A stretch of 64,000 nucleotides of DNA from Octopus vulgaris (taxonomy: Eukaryota): the NCBI GenBank assembly GCA_951406725.2, contig OX597819.1, positions 109,926,001 through 109,990,000 on the forward strand, given 5' to 3'. Every line of letters begins with the position of its first letter. The first letter of the stretch is position 1. The notes beneath the pieces were generated by a model. That model was not told where the DNA came from. It did not search any database and was given only the letters and a program-made list of their open reading frames with translations. Positions 40,857-54,154 of the stretch are shown piece after piece. The position numbers and the translations under genes were made by a program.

Positions 40857-41489
40857 GTGGCCTTCAATATAGGTAAATATTTCCTAGCACTGATAGATAG
40901 ACATTTTCCAGTTAACCATGCTTATAGGAAACTCTTCAATAGACACAATTTAAAAATTAGTTTTAGTTCAACTACCAATTTTAAAAACATAATCAATCAT
41001 AACATACAAAAAACACAAGAAGAAAACAGCTGTTCATGCAGGAATAAAGAATTGTGCCCGCTAAATGGAGCTTGCATGTCCAAGACCATCATATATGAAG
41101 CTACCGTAAACTCTATAACCACTAAAGACACCGTTTTGACGAAGAAATACGTGGGCCTGACAGAGGGTAATTTCAAGGCCAGGTTCAATAACCACACTTT
41201 GAGCTTTAGGCACTGGAACAAAAGAAAAGCGACACAATTATCCAATCATATTTGGTCTTTAAGAGATAAAGGTGTCGATTATAACATACAATGGAAGATT
41301 TTGGCCAGATGTAAGCCCTATACTAACGGCAGCGGAAGGTGCGGTTTATGCGACATGGAGAGATGGCTTATCTGGAAAAGCAGCTTAGACCCTACCACAT
41401 GTCTAAATACAAGGACAGAACTTTTCGGATCATGCCCACATGTGACTAAATTTCTGTTACGTTTTTGGTCCCCTAAAGAAAACGGATAG
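40857..41489 (+). CDS. Penelope-like element C-terminal region with GIY-YIG endonuclease (truncated, no RT)
   Basis: CSCR..LCPLNGAC, IIYEA...KYVGLTEGNFKARFNNH..SF, LSNHIW, CGLC..E, LN.R.E....C.H. Confidence 0.9.
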   Translation: MAFNIGKYFLALIDRHFPVNHAYRKLFNRHNLKISFSSTTNFKNIINHNIQKTQEENSCSCRNKELCPLNGACMSKTIIYEATVNSITTKDTVLTKKYVGLTEGNFKARFNNHTLSFRHWNKRKATQLSNHIWSLRDKGVDYNIQWKILARCKPYTNGSGRCGLCDMERWLIWKSSLDPTTCLNTRTELFGSCPHVTKFLLRFWSPKENG

Positions 41490-41683
41490 AACATGCTTTC
41501 TGTGTTATGTCCCAAGAAGATTTTATATATTTTTATATATTTTTATATATTTTTATGTATTTTTATATAATTTTTATGACGAAAAATGCGAGCGATGTAT
41601 AAGTACGCAGGCAAAGCAGAGTTATAACAGAGTAATTTCCCTTCATTTTTAACGGTATTTTTTCATAACGTTTTCAAATAGCC

Positions 41684-41746
41684 AGATAACCGAAGAGATG
41701 GTGTTGTGGATTTCCACTTCGGCATCTGAAACTCAGAGTTTTATCT
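41684..41746 (+). ncRNA. Type I hammerhead-like motif in the Penelope pLTR
   Basis: AGAUAA-CCGAAGA-GAUG...CAUC-U-GAAA-CUC(A)GAG-UU|UUAUCU: 6-bp stem I, branched stem II, palindromic stem III. Confidence 0.65.
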
Positions 41747-41914
41747 TGACTACCGAGTAATGTAACATATTGTATAGATATATATATATATATATATATA
41801 TAAATATGCACCTACATGCGCATACATGTATATCTACATGTATATATGCGGGTATATGCGTATACATGTATACATATCTATACATACACACAACACACAC
41901 ATATAGTGTATATA

Positions 41915-42145
41915 AGCGGCGAGCTGGCAGAAACGTTAGCGCGCCGGGCGAAATGCTTAGCGGTATTTCGTCTGTCGTTACGTTCTGAGTTCAAATTCCG
42001 CCGAGGTCGACTTTGCCTTTCATCCTTTCGGGGTCGATAAATAAAGTACCAGTTTCGCACTGGGGTCGATGTAATCAACTTAATCCCTATGTCTGTCCTT
42101 GTTTGTCCCCTCTATGTTTCGCCCCTTGTGGGTAGTAAAGAATTA
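41915..42145 (+). mobile_element. SINE family A, near-consensus copy
   Basis: Complete head, core and tail. Confidence 0.88.
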
Positions 42146-42707
42146 TATTTACATATACAGATTAGGCGTAGAGCTAGGTACTATTTTAATAAAAAATATC
42201 TCAATTTACATGATTTTGTATTGAAGTCTTTAATACAGAGGAATATGTAGCAACAGTTCTCTATCGAATCCAAGAAGAGAAATACAATGAAGTGAGAAAT
42301 AAGTTTTAGAGGAAAATCAATAAAGAGGGACCAGCAGATACACCAATATGTAAACTAGTGAACAAATTCAAACGAACTGGTTTTGTATATAATGAAAGAA
42401 GAAGCGGAGAAGTATGTCAGAAGATTACGGGAATGCTTTGAGTCAGACTATTAATAAATATTCAGATGTCTCTTGATGCAGTAGTCCACAGGCTCAATCG
42501 CGCAAAGACATATGTACATTAAATTCTAACAGTTAATTTGTATGAAAGGAGAAATGGTTTTATCGACTTTACACGATTCGCCAGTTAACTATTGTGTACA
42601 TATCTGTATTCATCCTATTGGTTTGAAAAAGAAAGTCATGTAAACAGTCATTTTATCTGCTTTTATGTCCACCAACATGTATATACATACATACATACAT
42701 ACATACT

Positions 42708-42764
<57 letters not shown>

Positions 42765-43236
42765 TAGGAATATTAAAATTACTAAGTCTCTCTAAAGGAG
42801 ATTACGCCAGCGTTACTGGAAATTAATAGTTATCGCCATACTAATATGGCTGTCTTATAAATATAAGACTAAAGCTGTCGCTGATTAGCTCCAAGAGGCC
42901 ACCGCCTCTAGCTAGCTATTTGACACACAACCTGCGTCCATTACAAACCTTCGATGTTTAATAAGTGGGCCAGTTGTGGGTAGCAGGGCTTGTGATATGA
43001 GATATAACTACTGTTGAAAGTATAATACCAGTTATATCGTAGGCTGTCTTTCAGTTGCTCTGTTATAACGAGATGTTTTAGTTTCCGTCATTCTTGTCAT
43101 GCGCCTGTGCACGTGCTCCTTCGTGCAAATCTAGTTGCAAGTTACTCAGTCATGTATGTTCATTACCAAAGACACACATTACTGAGAGAAAATCACATTT
43201 GCTTGGTTAGAATTCTGTAGCAGAGCAAACGGTTCG

Positions 43237-43610
43237 TTTATTACCTCCGCCCTAGCGAAGGCAGAGGAATTGTTTTCAGTCGTGTCTGTTTGACCGTGGA
43301 CGAGATATCCCAAGGACCGCTGGATGGATTCGGATGAAACTTTCAGAGATGCTTGACCTCGTGACTGACACGAACTGATTAGATTTTGGGATCGATCCTC
43401 TACTGGACAAATATTCTAGATCATTTTTCCTGCTTTTTTTTTTTTTTACTTAATTTTTGAGAACTGTCGGGTTCACTTTTTGTATTCTCATTTGTGAGAG
43501 CAGTCGAGTTTATTTCGGATATTCTCATTTTAAAAATCCTCTCTGACTAATCGTTGAGAGGACGTTGGTGTTGCCTTGTGGGAGGTTTGCGCTCTCTGAG
43601 TGCTCTTGTT
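43237..43610 (+). mobile_element. Helentron-associated / DINE-like non-autonomous element
   Basis: 5' TTATTACCTCCGCC with subterminal partner GGGAGGT, 3' hairpin GCGCTC..GAGTGC then CTTGTT; internal GTCTGTTTG and TGGATGGATT..ATGAAACTT motifs typical of HINEs. Confidence 0.7.
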
Positions 43611-44084
43611 GCTTTATCTTTTCTTTTGCAAGGAAGAAAATCGTTTAGCTAGGAATCAGTTATTTTATTTATTCGTAGATTATGTACATTAAAGTTAACT
43701 TGAATGAAATTCATTTATCTGGTCTCTTTTCACGTACTTAATTTACATTTCTTTTTCATTTCAAACACAAAATCGTTAATATTCGTATGCAGAAGATAAC
43801 ATTCGATTTAATTGAATCTCTTTAGGACGAAGTAATTAAAGGTCTATTAATAACGCTACAGTATTTTAATTATAAGAGAAAGTAGTTTGAACAAAAGAGA
43901 GGAGGAAAGATATGTGATGAAAGCATTTCACTAGCTGTAAGTCCTTTTTAATCAATGTTCATTGGTTGTATAGAAAGCGAAATAAACGTAATTTTAAATT
44001 TAGGTACTGGTGAATACACACACATCTACTCACATACTCACACATATATAAATACATACATAGAGAGAGATGAATGTGTATTAC

Positions 44085-44175
<91 letters not shown>

Positions 44176-44284
44176 CGGAGTTTCTACCCTTGGAATGTAG
44201 CTTCAACCGTGTTTTCTGACGTGAATTTGCTACCCAGGTATCGGTTAACCGAATTATCAATACTAGGATAATTCATTCACCTAC

Positions 44285-44351
<67 letters not shown>

Positions 44352-44956
44352 ATATGCATACATATATAGAGGGAGGGATGAGTGTGCAAAACTTAAAGTA
44401 GCACGGAACCGAACCAAATTGTTTTAATAATACATGTAACACCTACCAAATGCGTTGAGTGCCCTCTTCTCTCATTTGTCCACTCACTCGTATGTATGTA
44501 TATTCTATATATGCGTGTATATGCGTTCATATATATATGCATTGGTATGTATGTGTTGTTTGTGTATAAATATACGTACATATATGTGTCTATATATATA
44601 TATGTAATTATTCAGTTTCATTTCAAAATTTCTTGTCAATAGAATAAGAGTCGGCGTCTAAGCTAGATCAAAGGTTCCTCCGTTGGAATTTCGACATCAA
44701 GTATGTATGTATATGCGTGTATCTATCAGTGTATATGCATGAATACATATGTCTCAAAGTATTTGAATACAAATATTCTGGGGTTTTATGGCTATATATT
44801 TTCTGTTCTTGTCTGTTCATTATCTATCAATACCCTGTACATTATGTCTCTTATGTCTTTTTAGCAGAACTCCTCCCCGAAGCTGCTCACTCCAGCCAAA
44901 TGTTCTAATCTTAATGATCTTAAACGTTTTGGTTTTGTCCTTCTCGGTGCATTCCT

Positions 44957-45053
<97 letters not shown>

Positions 45054-45123
45054 AAATTCAGTTTACGTTGAAAGTCACCAAACAAAGTTTGCTTGAGAAG
45101 CGTTGAGATATTTTGAAAGATTC

Positions 45124-45390
45124 AGATAAGGAAATAATTTTATTCTCAAACGCAGGATAATGCTAATAATATAGCATGAACAGGATAAACTATCTATATT
45201 TTGCAGAAAATCTGTCGGCGGCCAGCCATGAGACTCGAACTCACATCGCTGTGATTATGCGTCAAGTGCTTTACCATTAAGCTTAAACTGCCCAGCGACA
45301 AATTCTTCTGCAAAATATGGATAGTCTATCCTGTTCATGCTGTATTATTAGCATTATCCTGCGTTTAAGAATAAAATTATTTCCTTATCT
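45124..45390. mobile_element. Fold-back/MITE with about 95-bp inverted arms enclosing a tRNA-Met-like sequence
   Basis: 45124-45217 vs 45296-45390 are reverse complements (roughly 90% identical by eye). Confidence 0.8.
45220..45293 (-). tRNA. tRNA-Met(CAT)-like cloverleaf (pseudo-tRNA or Pol III unit)
   Basis: GGGCAGT-TTA-AGCTT AATGGT AAAGC-ACT-TGA CG CAT AA TCA-CAGCG-ATGTGAG TTCGAGT CTCAT-GGCTGGCC; 6/7 acceptor pairs, D arm, canonical T loop, imperfect anticodon stem. Confidence 0.5.
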
Positions 45391-45457
45391 CTATCTTATG
45401 TGTTGTGTGTCTGTTTGTGTGTATGTATATATGTATGTGTGTATGTGTGTATGTATG

Positions 45458-45550
<93 letters not shown>

Positions 45551-46534
45551 GGGTAAAGACCGCCTTTGGTCATGAATGACCATGGGACTGCGCCTAGAAA
45601 GTTGCTCTCCGAGACACACAACTCTGGGCAGGCTGTTTACGGAAGTGCAGTAGTCGCTCATGCATACCAGCCTTCCCCCTCCACGCCACCGATGTCATCC
45701 AAGGTAAGGACAAAAGCCGATACAGCTTGGTACAAGTGACGTTGCAACCCATTTCTACAACGTGAAATAAAGTGTCTTGCACAAGAACTCAACATATAGC
45801 CCGCTCCGAGAACGAACACACTACCTCATGATTGTGAGCCTAACCCCTGAGCCACACACACACACACACACACATATAATGTATGTGCGTGTTATGTTTG
45901 TACTCGTATGCACATGTGTGTGTGTGTGTCTGTATCTGTGTATGCATATATATATTTGTATAATATATATATATATATTTTAATATATTAAATATATATT
46001 TTAATATATATTTATAACGGAAAATCATTTAATATATAATTTTAATATATTAAAATATATATAAAATATATTAAAATATTAAAATATATATTAAAATATA
46101 TATTAAAATTATAACTAAAATATATATAACTAAAATATATATTAAAATTTAATATATTAAAATATATATTAAAATTATAACTTAGGGTATCTAAGAGATA
46201 CCGCCATGCTGAAAATAGCAACCAAGATCTGACTGATAAGATCGTTATTTAATTTAAATTAGCAATCTTGTCCTTATTTATAAAGATTTAAATTTATTTT
46301 GTCACTGTATTTACTGCGGTGATGTATTAACCATATCGCACGTAGGAGCTACGAAGCGGGCAATTTAAACTGGTCAGGTTGCATACATGTATATATATGT
46401 ATGTATACGTTCGCATATGTAAGTATTGGTATGTTGTATGTATATATATGTGCATTTATGTTACTCTCTATCTTATGTGTTGTGTGTCTGTTTGTGTGTA
46501 TGTATATATGTATGTGTGTATGTGTGTATGTATG

Positions 46535-46621
<87 letters not shown>

Positions 46622-46730
46622 GGGTAAAGACCGCCTTTGGTCATGAATGACCATGGGACTGCGCCTAGAAAGTTGCTCTCCGAGACACACAACTCTGGGC
46701 AGGCTGTTTACGGAAGTGCAGTAGTCGCTC
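45388..46730 (+). repeat. Near-exact local duplication of about 270 bp (45388-45659 and 46465-46730)
   Basis: Identical by eye except for the length of the (TA)n tract. Confidence 0.9.
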
Positions 46731-46931
46731 TGATGAGACAGAGCATTTCTAAATGCAAATTCAGAAATCCGGGATCTGGAATTATCCAGTAATTTTTTAC
46801 TAGTTTTATTTTGACTATTTGTCTTCGCTCCTTGTGCTGTATGGGCATTTAACGTGGTTTTAGAGTCAGATCTTGGCTGCTATTTTCAGCGTGGCGGTAT
46901 CTCTTAGATACCCTAAATTATAATTTTAATA
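46167..46931. repeat. 68-bp inverted repeats (46167-46234 / 46864-46931) bracketing the duplicated segment and a hammerhead-bearing pLTR piece
   Basis: Direct inspection; additional direct repeat of about 38 bp at 46239-46276 / 46980-47017. Confidence 0.8.
46730..46779 (+). ncRNA. Hammerhead motif whose 5' stem I is replaced by the duplicated host segment
   Basis: CUGAUGA-GACAGA-GCAUU(UCUA)AAUGC-AAAUUCA-GAAA-UCC(G)GGA-UC|UGG. Confidence 0.6.
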
Positions 46932-47012
46932 ATAATTATTACCTTTGAAGGTTTTTATTTCCATGCTGGCCACTTGATTAGATCGTTATTTAATTTAAAT
47001 TAGCGATTTTGT

Positions 47013-47198
<186 letters not shown>

Positions 47199-47778
47199 AA
47201 TGTGTGGGATTGTGGTGTATACATAAATTCTTACTGATAGAATCTCCCTCTACATCTGGGTACACCTATCAGTATACACATCTTAGAATTAATTTATTAA
47301 TCTAATTTTAATCAAAGAATAAGCTCTTTGATCTCATCCGCCACATATGTTTTCCATTGGAAATTCTTTCCTGTATAATATGCATAAATGTAATTGTTTT
47401 CCCAAATAAATTTTACGTCGTGTGTGAAGCGCCGGTGAAACTATAACCTGTCACTGAGGTACGTACTCAACTACGAGTCCACCGCGTCTTATAGCCGCAA
47501 CAGCTGTAAGCTAATCAAGTTAATAAAATAGACGTTTATTCTTTTCTCATCTATTTTTGTTTTCTCTATTTTTTCATGTATGTATATATTTCCAAGGAAT
47601 CTAATGCTCTTAGCTTAGTTTTTCCTTGGGGCTGGCCAGATTGGAGCAATCTCGAGTATAACCAGCCAAAATTGCAAAGATAATCTGGAACTCGACTGAG
47701 GAAAGAAAGCTCCGAATGACCCGTCCTTGTCTGCTTTGTATCGTCTATCTGGATGTTTTGTGTTCTTGTCCCATTTTG

Positions 47779-47820
<42 letters not shown>

Positions 47821-47848
47821 GCATATATATATATATACACACATATAT

Positions 47849-47883
<35 letters not shown>

Positions 47884-49249
47884 CACACACACACACGCAT
47901 ATATATATATATATATATATACATATATACAAATATTTATATATATACATATATATATATACATTCATATAAACACACACACACACACACACACACACAC
48001 TCATATATATATAGTCGTATATACACACACGCATACGCCCATACACATATTATTGCTCTTATTCTCGAAACAGAGTGCACTCATGTATATGAATAGTGGG
48101 ATGTATATATGATACAGTTTAGTGACGATTATGCTAACAAAAGTTGATTATGGATCGGAGATTTGCAGAAAGGTAAAAATATTTCGTACTCTTCAAATAA
48201 GGACGGTATAAATCTAAGTCGAACAGATACTAACGAAAGAAAAAAATTGGGAGCCTTGTGTGCACGGCCTTCCGAGAACGAAAGAGAAAAGAAAAAAGTG
48301 TTTTTTTTTCTTTTTATAACGGAAAATCATTTACATTGTGATTTTTCTGCGAGTTGGCAGAATCGTTACCGTGCCGGATGAAATGCTGAGCAGCATTTCT
48401 TCCAGCTATTTTCGTTCTATTTTCGTGCTGCTGAGGTTGACTTTCTGTGTCGATAAAATAAATTAACCAGTTGAGCACTGGTGTCGCACTGTGCCAAAAT
48501 TAATAAGGCGGCAGGTTGGCAGAATCGTTAGCACACCGGGCAAAATGCTTTGCGGCATTTCGTTTGTCTTTACGTTCTGAGTTCAAATTTCGCCGAGGTC
48601 GACTTTGCCTTACATCCTTTCGGGATCCATAAATTAAGTATCAATTAAGCACTGGATATAATCGACTTGTGCTCTCTCTCTCTCTCTCTCGAAATTGCTG
48701 GCCTTAGGCCAAAATTTGAAATCAATATTTCAGAAGTGATAACTCATGACGGAGAATCAAAGAATTATTATTTTTTCTCATCGGAGGACAAAGTCAGTTT
48801 AGAAATGTAGATCAGATATATCCCGCATTAAAGTTTCTTCTGCGGTAGATGCCATGAGAGATACTGTCATATTGGCTTTCGGTGCGTCAAAGCAATCTTT
48901 TTTTATAATGATCTCCAGAGTTCAAGTAGGGATAAATATTACCTCTCGGTTTTAACGCTGCCTCTCTAATTTTTCCTCTCCATACATTTACAGCATTCTC
49001 TCTTTTTTCCCAATCGAAAGAACTTGGCCATGTCGAGTAACATCACCTTTCGACTCTTGAAGACTCGAAATTTACCTCTTTAAACTATTTTCGTTATGAA
49101 AATTTATTTCCCAAAAGCAGTTCAATGACCATCGTCAGGTTGAATAATCCACATTAGAAATATGTATATAAGTGTACATGTGAATATTTATATGTCTATA
49201 TATACATATAAAATTAGCACACACACACATACTTAAGCATACATGTTGA

Positions 49250-49285
<36 letters not shown>

Positions 49286-49382
49286 CCATAATAATAAAGG
49301 CTAAAATTAATTAATATATCAATAATTAATAATTTTACCAAGTAGTTCGGTATGTTAAGAGAACCATTATCGGTAAACTTAC

Positions 49383-49640
49383 ACATAAAATTTTATGATT
49401 ATGAGTATAATTATAATTAGGGTTCAGCAAAAATTTACTTCAACACTTACCGAAATTTAGAAATAGCAGTTAAAACTTACTATTTCACTACTATAAGAAA
49501 ATCTCCCAGATAGCTCTCTGATTTTCTTATAGTAGTGAAATAAAAAGTTTTAACTGCTATTTCTAAATTTCGGTATGTGGTGAAGTAAATTTTTACTGAA
49601 TCCTAATTATAATTATACTCATAATTATAAACTTTTATGT
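49383..49640. repeat. Fold-back element with about 120-bp inverted arms and a short spacer
   Basis: ATGAGTATAATTATAATTAGG...CTATAAGAAAATC / GATTTTCTTATAG...CCTAATTATAATTATACTCAT. Confidence 0.9.
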
Positions 49641-49641
49641 G

Positions 49642-49672
<31 letters not shown>

Positions 49673-49684
49673 GTAATGCATATA

Positions 49685-49715
<31 letters not shown>

Positions 49716-50181
49716 CATTACACTTACACACACTTCAAATTTACTTGCCATACATACAACTACGCACACTGGACACACACATACTACAACTCAACACACA
49801 CACGGCACGTACATACGCCCCCACCCATTCCCTCCTTCCCCCTTTTACCACTGACCACTGACTTGCGACTGCTATGTCAACTACCTTTCGCCCTACGTAC
49901 ACACACTTACATACAGACGCACGCACTAACATATACATATTTTTTATCTCGCCTTACACACACATACACACACGCACACGTACACACTCACACATACATA
50001 CACATTATTCTTCCCATTCTTCGAGTTGTTACCAACCTACCTTTTTCCGCTCTTTTGTCTTTAAAAACCAGCCCCTGTTATCCAAAACTTCCGGCCTTTC
50101 AGCATGTTTACTTCGTAAAAACCAGTCGCGTTTTTTTCCCCTCCGTTCGCCCACCTCGGGATCCTTCTTTCTTCCTTCTCT

Positions 50182-50219
50182 TATGTTTCCGACGAAGAGC
50201 TCCGCTCGAAACGTCATAC
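50182..50219 (+). ncRNA. Minimal hammerhead-like motif (CCGACGA variant)
   Basis: CCGACGA-A-GAGC(UCC)GCUC-GAAA-CG-UC|AUA. Confidence 0.55.
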
Positions 50220-50319
50220 CCTCCTTCTTCCCATTTTCCTGAGCGCCTAATAATAATACTTTAATTGTTCCACGTGTTGTTTTTTCTGTTTTCCCGTTTG
50301 GATTAACCTTATATATATA

Positions 50320-50396
<77 letters not shown>

Positions 50397-50659
50397 AATA
50401 GAGATAGATAGATAGATAGATAGATGGATAAACAGATAGATGCAGAATCATATATACATATATGCATATATATGGATGAACACACAGACATAAAAATACA
50501 CACGCACACACACACACATATATGCATGTATATATGTATGTGTGTATATATATATTTATATGTATATATATGTATGTGTGTGAATATATATATCTATATA
50601 TACTGTATATCTATACACATACATATATACATACAAACATATATATGTATGTATATATA

Positions 50660-50693
<34 letters not shown>

Positions 50694-50773
50694 CGTACAT
50701 ACATATATATGTATGTGCATATATATATGTATGTGTATATATATATATTTATATATGTATGTATATATGTATA

Positions 50774-50834
<61 letters not shown>

Positions 50835-50851
50835 GTGTATAATTTTCACAG

Positions 50852-50958
50852 ATGAGAATGACGACGCCATCAGTTCTAGCATCGCCAAGATGAAGAAATC
50901 TTTGAGTAAATTCGAGAAACGTTCGACATATCCCGTTTCACCTGCCAAGAAATGTCCT
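50852..50958 (+). CDS. BCR/ABR-like exon, DH C-terminal helix ([36 protein letters not shown])
   Basis: ttttcacag| acceptor, phase 1; donor CCT|gtaagt. May instead extend to 51080 (AG|gtactt) through a TAG at 50989 to a PH-like LHMFRMFDNYLV. Confidence 0.65.
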
Positions 50959-51430
50959 GTAAGTTGCTGCAATCTTTATCTCGGGTGCTAGGAGCTTATG
51001 TGGTGGCATGCGAGGGAACAGTGCATATTTCATTTCATAATTTTACACATGTTTCGAATGTTTGATAATTATCTCGTAAGGTACTTATATACAAAATGAT
51101 GTTTTCTTTTAAAGCCTGGTACGTATTCTATCGGTTGTTTGTGCCGAACCACTAAGTTCTAAAAATGGAAACTTTTACGGCTTTCGAGAGGCGGGGGTGG
51201 CTAATACAGCTATAAACAGAAATACGAAGATGAGCTTCGACACAGTTTTCAATCTGCTAAATTTACTCACTGGTCGACCCGGAGCTTTAGCAGAAGACAC
51301 TTGCCCTCGGTGGAGCACAGTAAGACTGAAGCCGAAACCAGGTGGTAACAAAGAGAGCTTCCTAACTACACAGCTATGTCTGCGCTAACATACATACATG
51401 CAAGTATACATACGTACATACATACATACA

Positions 51431-51463
<33 letters not shown>

Positions 51464-51808
51464 CACCGTGATCACCGTGACCGACCAGGCTATCAGATGC
51501 TGTTACACATCGCTGGTCACAATGCGCTTCGCATTGTTTTTAGCCTTCAAATGACGCCACCCCGATGGCTAAACGAGCAGGCCAACAGAAGAAAGAGTGG
51601 GAGAAAGTTGTGGCGAAAGAGTACAACAGGGATCGCCCCCCCCCCGCTGCCGGAGCTCGTAGGGCTCTTTTAAGTGTTTTCGCTCAATAAACAGTCACAA
51701 CGCCCGGTCTGGGAATCGAAACCGCGATCCTACAACCGCGAGTCCGCTGCCCTAACCACTAGGCCATTGCGCCTACACACACACACGCGCGCGCGCGCAC
51801 ACATACAT

Positions 51809-51842
<34 letters not shown>

Positions 51843-52004
51843 CATATAGATCATATAGATACATACACACACAAACACCGACATACACACACACTCTCTC
51901 TCTATCTCACGCACACACACATATTTGACGAGTTAAGAAATAATTAAGATTCAGGTATTTAAGTTGAGGCACCAAGTCTAGTATTGTCCGTACATTTCTT
52001 CTTT

Positions 52005-52067
<63 letters not shown>

Positions 52068-52252
52068 TACAAAATTAGAAAATGGAGAAACATACTTAAA
52101 TCAATAAAACATCAACTATCAGATGATACCCAATCAATACTTTATTACACCATTACATATCAGTAAAGGCATTATACAAAATATACAGTAAATGTAAATA
52201 GACAAAGAGATATAAGTATAAAATTTCAAATATAATATGTAATTAAATCATA

Positions 52253-52362
52253 TCTGACAGCTGTTTCGGCAGCAAGGGCAGTCATACCTCATTTAACCTA
52301 TAAGCCATAAAGGCAGGTATAAATGAGGCATTAACAAGGATGCCCCACGACCTCTTCAGAGA
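52253..52362 (-). ncRNA. Type I hammerhead motif with a greatly extended stem II
   Basis: UCU-CUGAAGA-[about 85-nt hairpin GG..GGGCA..UGCCUCAUUUA/UAAAUGAGGUA..UGCCC..CC]-GAAA-CAGCUG-UC|AGA. Confidence 0.7.
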
Positions 52363-53161
52363 ATTAAATTTATTATAATTGTGAAAAAAATTATTTTTCC
52401 ATATACATATAAATATAAAAATATAAAAATGTAAAATATAAAAACTTATGCATAAACTTCATAATGCTACACTTATATAATATAATACTCATTGGTACAA
52501 TAATGCAAGGTAAACAAAACAAAATAAAACAAAATATATATCAGTGTATATATTAATATTAATAAGCACAGTTATTATACATATTTGGCTAATAGTTTTA
52601 AAAAACTAACACATAGGGAGATGAAAAATAATTATTAAAACCATGGTTCAGTTCATAAAATTATAAAGCTATAAAAGTCAATAAAAATTACTATTAATAT
52701 TAATAATAATAATAATAATAATAGATACAGTTATGTTTGCACCAAGTCCATCCTTTCAAGATCGAAATAACTATGAGTTTAGAAATTCTGACCACTAGGT
52801 AATGATTATTTAGATTAATTCGATTGGCTAGTAGTTTGAAATTTAAATCACAAAAGAAATTTTACGGTTAGTTAGTCAAGGAACGCCAATATTCACACGC
52901 GCATCCACAGATCAATCGCACATACATACATAATTATATGCACACACATACACTTATACACATACATAACCACAAGCAACAACTAGCACATAGATAAACA
53001 AAAAGGGGAGCAACTATGCTGCCATTTAGTCTTTCAAAATTATAACTATGCCTCAAATAACAAAAAAGATCCACTCATGCATTTCCATAAAATATTTATT
53101 TTAAAGATAAATATATTTTTAAATATCAGTATGTTACGATGTCAGATATATATATATACAT

Positions 53162-53194
<33 letters not shown>

Positions 53195-53405
53195 GAAAGT
53201 CTATGAGTATTAATACAGATTTTGAAGTGTACAGATGATTAAGAAAATATATTTTTAAAAAATATGTTATGAAATGTTACTAACCTTTCTTGGGAAGAAG
53301 TTTTTTTCTAGTGTGTTAGCGCTTTCGTTAAACCTTATATATACATATTTATATGTGTGTGTGTGTGTGTATTTGCGTGTGTGTATCTATCTACCTATCT
53401 ATTTA

Positions 53406-53501
<96 letters not shown>

Positions 53502-54098
53502 ATTAACTATGTTTGTAAATAAAATTTTAATATGTTTCAATATTTCAGCATTTATCAGCTGCATGCGGGGCCGGGTGGTGCCTACGACGTCTCTATAAAC
53601 TGGTAAATATAGAATTACAAGTGTTGTATATGTCATTTAAAAAACGCACACTGGTTTTCCGACAAACTGCATATATCTTAACAGGACAGTTCACGAGTAA
53701 AGAAGCTTATTCTTTGAGCCGTCTGTTTTATCAGTGAGAAAGATATCCTGAAAGAGGAGAGAGAGCGAGAAAGATATCCTGAATGAGGAGAGAGAGCGAG
53801 AAAGAGAGAGATAGGCAAAGATCGGCAGAGAGAGAGAAAAGGGAGAGAGATAGATAGAGAGAGAGAGGACATATGAACGTCAATACGACGCTCTTCGAAA
53901 ATATGAACAGATACTTGATATGAAATAAACTAGAAATTATGTTTTCAGTATAACATAATCATACAGCTGTTTCCATTTATACTCATTGAATAAATTACAA
54001 AATTATGCATTAAATTTGCATAGAGAGGACAACAAACATTAAGGCAAAGCAAACACCTTAAGTCATATACAATATTATTATTGGAAAAAAAATTTTAA

Positions 54099-54154
54099 GC
54101 CTTACAGCTGTTTCGTGGATATCCCCGAGTATGGAATATTCCATCATCAGAGAC
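54099..54154 (-). ncRNA. Type I hammerhead ribozyme motif
   Basis: GUCU-CUGAUGA-UGGAAUAUUCC...GGGGAUAUCCAC-GAAA-CAGCUG-UA|AGGC. Confidence 0.72.

Larger units (their letters stand above)
40405..41780 (+). mobile_element. Young 5'-truncated Penelope-like element: GIY-YIG endonuclease flanked by 341-bp inverted pseudo-LTRs
   Basis: 40405-40745 is the reverse complement of 41440-41780 (1 mismatch seen); the enclosed ORF has Penelope linker and GIY-YIG motifs. Confidence 0.92.

Noticed and set aside
42878-42926. CUGAUUA plus hairpin as a hammerhead
   Set aside because: GAAA half of the core absent.
52725-52798. Candidate PH-domain exon (YVCTKSIL..., donor AG|gtaatg)
   Set aside because: Poor acceptor context and stops in the homologous-looking frame; cannot be placed with confidence.
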